Positions 1 to 7,383 of a DNA stretch of 10,684 nt are shown here, piece after piece. The translations under genes were made by a program, and so were the position numbers. This DNA is from Octopus sinensis (lineage: Eukaryota), in NCBI RefSeq assembly GCF_006345805.1, contig NW_021827388.1, positions 1-10,684 of the forward strand, written 5' to 3'. Under the pieces are notes generated by a model. The model was not told where the DNA came from, did no database searches, and saw only the letters and a list, made by a program, of their open reading frames with translations. Numbering within the stretch: the first letter of the stretch is position 1; each line of letters begins with the position of its first letter.

Positions 1-2
1 TA

Positions 3-870
3 TATCTCTTTCAAGAAAGTGGAGTGGGTGGACATACCGCAAAAGAAATAAGGAAATATCAAAATAACATTTGCTATCTATATTGGATATTTCAAAAACT
101 TAATGAGATATCATTTCATCTTCAATGAAATTTCATTATTATTGAGTGATTGTTAAACATTATTGAAAGTAAATGGAAAGAAAAAATTGGAAAATTTTCA
201 AGAAACTTTACTTAAGAACCTGCTTCACAGCATGAAAAACCTCTTTGACAGCTGACAGAAATATGCTCTTCACTTAATATGGATCTTGAAATATATTCTA
301 GATACTGATTATCTTTAGAAACTAACTTGGACTAAAGATTATCTAATTTATTTTCCTTTGAAGTAAAACCACGTTTGATAGAACCATTTAAATATGATGT
401 TGATTCTACTGCAACACGTTTAAGAAGAATTACTTGAATTGTGATAAAATGAGTGACTTTTGGTTTTTATATCTGTACTTATTTCTTTGAACCTAATCTT
501 ATCTGCTTCTTTATTACCCACAAGAGGGTATTACCCACATAGAGGGGACAAACAAGGACAGACAAACGGATTAAGTCGATTACATCGACCCCAGTGCGTA
601 ACTGGTACTTAATTTATCGACCCCGAAAGGATGAAAGGCAAAGTCGACCTCGGCGGAATTTGAACTCAGAACGTAACGTCAGACGAAATACGGCAACGCA
701 TTTCGCCCGGCGTGCTAACGGGTCTGCCAGCTCGCCGCCTTTATTTCTTTGAACCTAATCTTATCAACTGATAAAGAAGATAAGGTTTTGACATTGCATT
801 GAGCCTTAAGTAACGAGATGAAGTTTTTAAAAGATTGTTGATTGTTAAAAAAATCGCAATATCCCCCACA
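3..870 (+). mobile_element. Decayed hAT-superfamily (Buster/Charlie/SPIN-like) transposase, C-terminal part, interrupted by a SINE
   Basis: Manual translation of frame 3 from base 3: YLFQESGVGGHTAKEIRKYQNNICYLYWIFQKLNEISFHLQ*NFIIIE*LLNIIESKWKEKIGK...QLTEICSSLNMDLEIYSRY*LSLETNLD*RLSNLFSFEVKPRLIEPFKYDVDSTATRL. A frameshift then gives EELLEL (424-441), followed by TFGFYIC (456-476). After removing the SINE, weaker matches follow: TDK..ALSN (~767-815) and KKSQYPPH (~848-872). The order parallels hAT motifs as I recall them: LAYLxDIFxKLNELxLxLQG, LWKxxIxxGNF, HLxxLxxxFxxRF, WIxNPF, LQEELIEL, FGSTYxCE, KxAQxSH. Multiple stops and frameshifts are present. Family match is from memory, not a search. 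Confidence 0.65.
504..740 (-). mobile_element. tRNA-derived SINE, copy 1 (octopus-type), full length
   Basis: Near-identical to 9317-9544 and to the reverse complement of 10513-10684. The minus strand begins AGGCGGCGAGCTGGCAGA (A-box-like) and carries the B-box GAGTTCAAATTCC (reverse complement of GGAATTTGAACTC, 655-667). It ends in ...TGGGTAATAAAGAA. Flanked by a perfect 25-bp direct repeat, TTATTTCTTTGAACCTAATCTTATC (479-503, 741-765). Confidence 0.92.
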
Positions 871-906
871 TCATTCCCGTCATACCCCTATGAAGACGTT
901 GAACAT

Positions 907-1751
907 AGCAGAACTAACAAGAGGACAGTAGTCTGGTTTAATTCACAGAGCAACATAGGAGTCACTACAAACATAAGCAGAAATGTCTCAACATAAGACA
1001 CCATTTCCCACCCGCTCACAAATACCACAATATCTTTAACTCGCAAGTTAAAGGTGATTTATTCCTATATAAGCAGAAATGTCTCAACGCAAGACAACAT
1101 TCCCACCACCCGCTCACAAATACCACACATATCTTTAACTCGCAAGTTAAAGGTGATTTATTCCTGTATAAGCAGAAATATCTCAACACAAGACACCATT
1201 TCCCACCCGCTCACAAATACCACAATATCTTTAACTCGCAAGTTAAAGGTGATTTATTCCTGTATAAGCAGAAATATCTCAACACAAGACACCATTTCCC
1301 ACCCGCTCACAAATACCACAATATCTTTAACTCGCAAGTTAAAGGTGATTTATTCCTGTATAAGCAGAAATATCTCAACACAAGACACCATTTCCCACCC
1401 GCTCACAAATACCACAATATCTTTAACTCGCAAGTTAAAGGTGATTTATTCCTATATAAGCAGAAATGTCTCAACGCAAGACACCAATTCCCACCCGCTC
1501 ACAAATACCACAATATCTTTAACTCGCAAGTTAAAGGTGATTTATTCCTGTATAAGCAGAAATGTCTCAACACAAGACACCATTTCCCACCCGCTCACAA
1601 ATACCACAATATCTTTAACTCGCAAGTTAAAGGTGATTTATTCCTGTATGGAGAACATGACTTCTGAAAAGTACAAACATATAATCATGCAGCCACCTCT
1701 TTCCCACCCGCCAGTCTATAACAGTCGGTGTCTTTCCACACGCTTGTTTAT
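907..1751 (+). mobile_element. Decayed Penelope-like retroelement fragment (linker between RT and GIY-YIG endonuclease)
   Basis: Frame 1 reads RTNKRTVVWFNSQSNIGVTTNISR (910-981). Frame 3 reads HFPPAHKYHNIFN (1002-1040). Frame 1 reads KLKVIYSCMENM (1624-1659, after the tandem copies), then a weak NSRCL..LVY (~1720-1751). These are collinear with the motif I recall from invertebrate GIY-YIG Penelope-like elements: RKRNIIWFNPPYSxNVKTNIGxxFLxLIDKHFPxxHKxHKIFNRNxVKVSYSCMxNM...CPLxGxCL..VIY. Stop at 994-996 and frameshifts are present. Confidence 0.65.
973..1649 (+). repeat. 96-bp minisatellite, 7 tandem copies
   Basis: Unit starts (ATAAGCAG) at 973, 1069, 1168, 1264, 1360, 1456 and 1552; spacing is 96 bp except 99 bp for unit 2. 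This explains the 32-aa periodicity of ORF 1054..1845. Each unit carries the hairpin CTTTAACT-CGCA-AGTTAAAG. Confidence 0.97.
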
Positions 1752-1830
1752 GATATCCTATCAGGAACTGACACAACCTCCAATAACTCGTAACGTCGTT
1801 GATAGCACTAAGCCATGTGCTAACTGGACA

Positions 1831-2345
1831 TCTCTCTCTATATAAACGGCAGTTTGTCTGTCTGTGTGTCTGTGTGTCTGTCAGGTTGTACCCTCATACT
1901 GACCACGGCTTTCACAACCGATTCTGATGAAACTTGACACACACATAGCCCAATGTCATAATTCAAACTAACGCAGCGAAAATTTTGAAAAGTTCCCCCA
2001 GTTTTGAAAAAAATCGATAAATTCGACATGGGGTCGAGAATCTCAGCTTTTTATATGCAACACATTTTCTGTTGTAGTTTTCGCAACTTAATGTTACCCT
2101 AAGAAACTTAATTCTGACGTTAGTTTTCCATGCAATACCTTACTATCAGAAGAAATCGATAAAATCATGCCATTTCGGGAAATCGCGTTTTCGCCCAAAG
2201 GGACAGCTAGGAACATCGTATACACAGAAGACATTGCAACCTACACATGCGCCTTCGTTCCCTAGAGGGAAAGGACTAGATTGGGATTAGTCGTTGCCTA
2301 CTAGGGGCTCTTACATACCCGGGCAACGCCGGGCTATGCTGCTAG
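1831..2345 (+). mobile_element. Non-autonomous Helitron, apparently complete (515 bp)
   Basis: 5' end A|TC (A1830, TCTCTCTCTATATAAA) followed by a (TGTC/TG)n tract at ~1855-1882. The 3' GC-rich hairpin CCCGGGCAACGCCGGG (2318-2333) lies 8 nt upstream of CTAG (2342-2345), and the next base is T2346. An A|T target and no TSD are the canonical Helitron signature. Confidence 0.85.
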
Positions 2346-2703
2346 TAGACGTATAACCTCAACCCCACCCCACGTATTGCAATATCTCTTAATCGTGGAT
2401 CAGAAATATTGTCCAAGTGTTACCACGAGCAGAGGCTCCTCTTCGAAAGCTTCCGAATTCTCTGACGGAAAACTTCGAAAATTCTCAACCCTTTCTCAGT
2501 CTTGATGCAGCAACCAACCATCAATGGAGTTATCACCTCGTGTTTTATTTTGATAAGGCGTATCTAGGGCCATATTAATCGCCAGGACTTCCCGACTTTA
2601 AGATATTAGGCTACGTTTTGTGGAAGGGTCAAGTATTATTTCTCGTACGTCGACGGAGCACATAATAATTCTATGGTTTGGAATGCTGATTATAGTTGTA
2701 CTG

Positions 2704-2769
<66 letters not shown>
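2704..2769. repeat. (GTA)22 microsatellite
   Basis: Perfect trinucleotide run; produces the poly-V and poly-T ORFs. Confidence 0.97.
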
Positions 2770-2774
2770 AATGT

Positions 2775-3112
2775 GAGGGCGCATGGCTCAGTGGTTAGAG
2801 CGTCGAGCTTACGATCGTGAGGTTGTGAGCTCGAATCCCGGACCGGGCTGGGTGTTGTGTTCTTGAGCAATACACTTTATTTCACGTTGCTCCAGTTCAC
2901 TCAGCTGTAGAAACGAGTTACGACGTCACAGGTGCCAAACTGTATCGGCCCCTTTGTCTTTCCCTTGGATAACACTGGTGGCGTGGAGAGGGGAGGCCGG
3001 TATGCATGGGCGACTGCTGGTCTTCCATAAAACAACCTTACCCGAACTTGTGCCTGGGAGGGTAACTTTCTAGGTGCAATCCCATGGTCTGTGTCGTGAC
3101 CGAAGGGGTCTC
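2775..3112 (+). mobile_element. tRNA-derived SINE with a CORE-like central domain (resembles octopus OR-type SINEs)
   Basis: tRNA-like head with A-box TGGCTCAGTGG (2784-2794) and B-box variant GAGCTCGAATCCC (2827-2839). The segment CGTCGAGCTTACGATCGTGAGGTT resembles a tRNA-Arg anticodon arm. It is followed by GTGTTGTGTTCTTGAGCAATACACTTTATTTCACGTTGCTCCAG (~2852-2895), similar to CORE/V/Meta-type SINE domains (GTGTCCTTGGGCAAGxCACTT). The element ends at GGGGTCTC before (AGT)n. The family name is from recollection. Confidence 0.85.
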
Positions 3113-3113
3113 A

Positions 3114-3114
<1 letters not shown>

Positions 3115-3152
<38 letters not shown>

Positions 3153-3165
3153 CAGCAGCAGCAGC
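3115..3165. repeat. (AGT)12(AGC)5 compound microsatellite
   Basis: Read directly from the sequence; lies between the SINE 3' end and the dispersed element at ~3169. Confidence 0.95.
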
Positions 3166-3168
3166 AGT

Positions 3169-3370
3169 GGTACTCACATCAGCCTTGTTCGAACAAACCT
3201 ATGATCAAAGACAATCCAATAGTGGTCAACCCGTAGTTTTCTTATGTATACGGACCCAGGGAAAACATTATCCAGCGTGTCTTATTTTAAGAATACAGCA
3301 AGTTGGGGTATTTTTGCGGAAATTTGGCTGTTATTTCTACTGGTCAAGAAACCACGTATTGGCCGTCTCA
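3169..3370. mobile_element. Dispersed ~200-bp element, copy A (probably a minus-strand retroposon 3' end)
   Basis: Four collinear blocks are shared with 6685-6940: 3179-3200 vs 6700-6721 (15/22), 3202-3213 vs 6740-6751 (10/12), 3265-3280 vs 6824-6839 (12/16), and the exact 20-mer AAATTTGGCTGTTATTTCTA at 3320-3339 and 6878-6897. Both copies abut a trinucleotide tract on their left. Confidence 0.65.
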
Positions 3371-3394
3371 TCGGCTTATTGTTTGTAGAAGTAT

Positions 3395-3963
3395 ATGAAG
3401 GGTGATGATGATGGTAGTGTGGACTATAGTGTCCTTAGTCTTCCTGGTGGTAGTGGTAGTGAAGTGGTGAGAGGTGACAATACAGATAGTCTTGGAGATG
3501 GTATTGGCGTTGGTATTGCTTATGGTGGCGGTGTTGGTTGTGGTGGTTTGGGTGCTGGAGGTGGAAGTGGTGCTGGTGCTGCCTGATGCTGTTGTTGTTG
3601 GTACTGTTGGTTTTAGTGTTGGCGGTGCTGGCATTGGCGTTGTTGCTGGTGGTGATGATACTGATGGTGTTGGTGTTGTTGTTGTTGTTGTTGGTGGTGG
3701 TGGTGTTGGTGTTGTTGTTGTTGGTGGTGGTGGTGATGGTAGTGGTGATGATACTGATGGTGTTGGTGTTGGTGGTGGTGGTGGTGGTGTTGGTGGTGGT
3801 GTTGGTGGTGGTGTTGGTGTTGGTGGTTGTAGTGGTGGTGGTGATAGTGGTGGTGGTGGCAGTAGTGGTATTGGTGTTGCTGCTGCTGCTGTTGGTGGTG
3901 TTTGTGTCGGTGATATCCCTATTGGTGGTGTTGGTATTGGGGTCTGATCTTGGTGTTGTTATC

Positions 3964-3996
<33 letters not shown>

Positions 3997-4000
3997 AGTG
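3395..4000. repeat. Degenerate (GGT/GTT/GAT)n low-complexity tract
   Basis: G/T-rich trinucleotide mosaic. The 28-mer GGTGATGATACTGATGGTGTTGGTGTTG is duplicated at 3651-3678 and 3744-3771. Confidence 0.9.
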
Positions 4001-4096
4001 TTGGAGATATTTTTCTGCGACCTTGCTTTGTCCTTGTTTCCACACTTACACTCCTCGTCTCTTTTCATCACTTACACTCCCCCTTCTCTCTCTGCT

Positions 4097-4307
4097 AGTG
4101 TATATGTATATGTACATGTGTGTATGTGTGTATGTATGCGCGCGCGCGCATGTATGTATAATGTGTACTTTTACATACGCGCGCGCGCACACACACACAC
4201 ACTCCCACACATATATGTATATATCTTGATATGTATATTGCACATGCATATATATATATACATGTATATGCATATACTTATATACTAAATATACATAGTT
4301 ATATTCT

Positions 4308-4346
<39 letters not shown>

Positions 4347-4468
4347 TATGTGTATATATATATATTTATAATAGATGTATATAGATGTATATATATATAG
4401 GGATATATATATATATAGATGTATATATATATAGGGATATATATATATATAGATGTATATATATAGGG

Positions 4469-4515
<47 letters not shown>

Positions 4516-4870
4516 AATATATATAATAGAGAGAGAGATAAAATATATATTATATATAGATGTATGTATATATATATATATATGCATATACTTATATACT
4601 AATATATACAGTTATATACTTATATATATATATATAGAATATATTATATATATATATATAATATATATATATATTATATATATATATCTTTATATATATA
4701 TATATATATCTTTCTACACACACACATATACACACACACGGAGGTGCACGTACACATATGCATACATCCTATTCCTGCCTCTCTTTCTCTCTCTCTCTCT
4801 CTCTGTCTCTCTTTCTTTCTACACACACACGCACTCATGCACACACACACACACCACACACTCGTATCTG
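4097..4870. repeat. Compound dinucleotide field: (TA)n, (TG)n, (CG)n, (AG)13, (CT)n, (CA)n
   Basis: Includes (GC)6 at 4138-4149, (CG)5C at 4178-4188, (AG)13 at 4485-4510, and a 34-bp unit repeated three times (AGATGTAT starts at 4383, 4417, 4451). Confidence 0.92.
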
Positions 4871-4879
4871 TCTCATGCA

Positions 4880-5110
4880 CACGCCCTCTCCAATTTTTCT
4901 CTATATCCCTTTTGTATCTCTCTCTCTTTCACCAGATTCTCTTTCTCCCCCCCCATCACCAAATTCATTCTCTCCCCCATCCTTCTCTTCCTCTCTCTCT
5001 CTCTCTCACTCTGCTCATCACTCCCTCCTCTATTCTTCTCTTTCTCCCATCTCTTCAGTTCCAACCGCCGCTCCCACCCTTTCCAGCCATACCATTCCCT
5101 TTCCAATAAT
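4880..5110. repeat. Pyrimidine-rich (CT/TCC) low-complexity tract
   Basis: The plus strand is strongly C/T-biased with interrupted (CT)n runs. Confidence 0.75.
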
Positions 5111-5259
5111 TCTTTCATCCAACAAACACAGCCGATAGACGTAGGGAGGTGGGGGAAGACATGGGACAGAGAAACCAGTACAGAACGTTTCACCGACGGA
5201 ATCGCATATTGGTCAAGAATGGACAACTGAAACGTGGATCACCATAAATGTGGGCTGAG

Positions 5260-6663
5260 GTTGTTGTTGTTGCTGTTGTTGTTGTTGTTGTTTGTTGTCC
5301 TTGATGATGTTAGTGGTGATGGGTGTTGCTGCTATTGTAGTTGTATATGCTGCTGGTGGTGGTGATAGTGGTGGTGGTGGTGGTGGTGGTGATGAAGATG
5401 TCTCAGCCGCTGTTGTTGATATTGTCGTTCTTGTCGATGTCGTCGTTATTGTTGTTGGTGGTGATGAGGATAATGAGGATGAGAGTAAGAAGGAGGAGGA
5501 GGAGGAAGAAGAAGAAGAAGAAGAAGAAGAAGAAGATGAAGAAGAAGAAGAAGAAGAGGGGGGATCTGTTGCTGCTGTGATGATGATGGTAATGAGAAGA
5601 AGAAGAAGATAAGGGGAGGATGAAGAAGAGGATGAAGAGGATGATGAGGTAATGAAGAAGAAGAAGAAGAGGGGAGGAGTGAAGAGGGGAGGATGATAAG
5701 GGGAGGATGAAGAAGAGGATGAAGAAGATGAGATGGTATGAGAAGAGAAGAAGACTAAGAAGGGGAGGATGAAGAAGAAGAAGAAGAGGATGATGATGGA
5801 ATGAAGAAGAAGAAGAAGAAGAAGAGGAGGATGAAGAAGAAGAAGAAGAAGAAGAAGGGGAGGATGAAGAAGAAGAAGAAGAAGAAGAAGAAGAAGAAGA
5901 AGAAGGGGAGGATGAAGAAGTGGATGAAGATGCTGTTGCTGATGAAGATGATGGTTATGATGAAAATCAGGAGGAAGAAGATGAAAAGGAAGAACAAGAA
6001 GATGATGATGATGGTAATGAAGAAGAAGAAGAAGAAGAAGAAGAAGAAGAAGGGGAGGATGAAGAAGGGGAGGATGAAGAAGAGGATGAAGAAGAGGATG
6101 ATGATGGTAATGAAGAAGAAGAAGAAGAAGAAGAAAGGGAGGATGAAGAAGAGGATGAAGAAGAGGATGAAGAAGAGGATGATGATGGTAATGAAGAAGA
6201 AGAAGAAGAAGAAGAAGGGGATGATGAAGAAGGGGAGGATGAAGAAGAGGATGAAGAAGAGGATGATGATGGTAATGAAGAAGAAGAAGAAGAAGAAGAA
6301 GAAGGGGAGGATGAAGAAGAAGAAGAAGAAGAAGAAGAAGAAGGGGAGGATGAAGAAGAAGAAGAAGAAGAAGAAGAAGGGGGGATGAAGAAGAAGATGC
6401 TGTTGCTGATGATGACGGTGACGATGACGATGATGATGATGGTTATGATGAAAATCAGGAGGTGGAGGATGAAAAGGAAGAAAAAGATGATGATGATGAT
6501 GATGATGGTAGACGACGGCGACGACGACGATGATGATGACGACGTTGATGATGTTGATGGTTATGGTTATGATGATAATGATGATAATGAAGAAGTGGAG
6601 GAGGAGGAGAATGGCGATATCGTCGTTGACTTTTCCCCGTCGTCGTCGTCGTCGTCGTCGTCG
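5260..6663. repeat. Compound trinucleotide field (GTT/GGT, then GAA/GAG/GAT, then GAC/CGT) with higher-order units
   Basis: The plus strand from ~5461 to 6610 is dominated by GAA/GAG/GAT. The marker GGTAATGA recurs at 5588, 5648, 6013, 6106, 6187 and 6271. (CGT)n lies at 6638-6663. Confidence 0.93.
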
Positions 6664-6684
6664 TTGTCATCGTTGTTGTTGTTC

Positions 6685-6940
6685 TTGTTTAACCCCAGGC
6701 CAACCTTGATCGATCAGGCCATATCCATTTATGAATCATTGACCATAGACACCCTTGCCGTAACCCACTCCAGCATTTATTATGCATGATATTTGTTTTG
6801 CATAATTAGAAAAAACCCGGACCACATAATCTCACGTGTTCTTCTTTTTCTCAAAAGCGAAAAGTGTGAATCGAGGAAAATTTGGCTGTTATTTCTAGCA
6901 GACCAAGTGATCACCTTACAGACGCCATCATTTGATGGAG
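6685..6940. mobile_element. Dispersed ~200-bp element, copy B; its right end is the first unit of the 63-bp array
   Basis: Collinear similarity to 3169-3370 (blocks listed for copy A). It starts GTTTAACCCCAGG directly after a (TCG)/(TTG) tract. Confidence 0.65.
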
Positions 6941-7383
6941 AATTTTGCCTGTTATTTCTAGCAGGCCAAGTGATCACCTTACAGCCGCCATCATTTGATG
7001 GAGAATTTTGGCTGTTATTTCTAGCAGGCCAAGTGATCACCTTACAGACGCCATCATTTGATGGAGAATTTTGGCTGTTATTTCTAGCAGGCCAAGTGAT
7101 CACCTTACAGACGCCATCGTTTGATGGAGAATTTTGGCTGTTATTTCTAGCAGGCCAAGTGATCACCTTACAGACGCCATCATTTGATGGAGAATTTTGG
7201 TTGTTATTTCTAGCATGCCAAGTGATCACCTTAAGACGCACATTTTTGATGGAGAATTTTGGTTGTTATTTCTAGCATGCCAAGTGATCACCTTACAGAC
7301 GCCATCATTTGATGGAGAATTTTGGGTGTTATTTCTAGCAGACCAAGTGATCACCTTACAGACGCCATCATTTGATGGAGAAT
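6878..7383 (+). repeat. 63-bp minisatellite, 8 tandem copies
   Basis: Unit starts at 6878, 6941, 7004, 7067, 7130, 7193, 7255 and 7318 (unit 6 is 62 bp). Consensus AATTTTGGCTGTTATTTCTAGCAGGCCAAGTGATCACCTTACAGACGCCATCATTTGATGGAG. This explains the 21-aa periodicity of the ORFs on both strands. Confidence 0.97.

Noticed and set aside
1050-1085. Possible relationship between the 96-bp unit and the reverse complement of the 63-bp unit (shared AAGGTGAT and GC.AGAAATA)
   Set aside because: Only 8-9 bp matches with inconsistent spacing, and the two units trace to different parent elements.
973-1649. CRISPR-like array (regular period, palindromic segment)
   Set aside because: There are no unique spacers: the whole 96-bp unit is repeated. 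No cas genes are present and the context is eukaryotic.
1054-1845. 263-aa ORF as a real gene
   Set aside because: It starts inside the array, mostly reads a shifted frame of a dead retroelement, and ends inside the Helitron. Kept only as a curiosity under findings.
2441-2480. Imperfect inverted repeat (TTCGAA..TTCCG / CGGAA..TTCGAA)
   Set aside because: Short, bulged and within chance expectation.
2775-2850. Genuine tRNA gene
   Set aside because: The anticodon and acceptor stems do not pair properly, the B-box is mutated, and the sequence continues into a SINE body.
3368-4098. Gly-rich or Thr-rich (mucin-like) ORFs
   Set aside because: Overlapping ORFs in several frames on both strands are typical of degenerate GGT/GTT repeats.
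5920-6789. Acidic D/E-rich protein (nucleolin/prothymosin-like)
   Set aside because: Composition follows directly from GAA/GAT repeats, other frames are similarly open, and the C-terminus runs into a dispersed repeat. No folded domain or splice evidence.
6878-7383. CRISPR-like array, or repeat-protein genes on either strand (ORFs 6780..7241 and 6793..7275)
   Set aside because: Pure head-to-tail repeat without spacers. The ORFs exist because 63 is divisible by 3, and a 1-bp indel in unit 6 breaks the frame.
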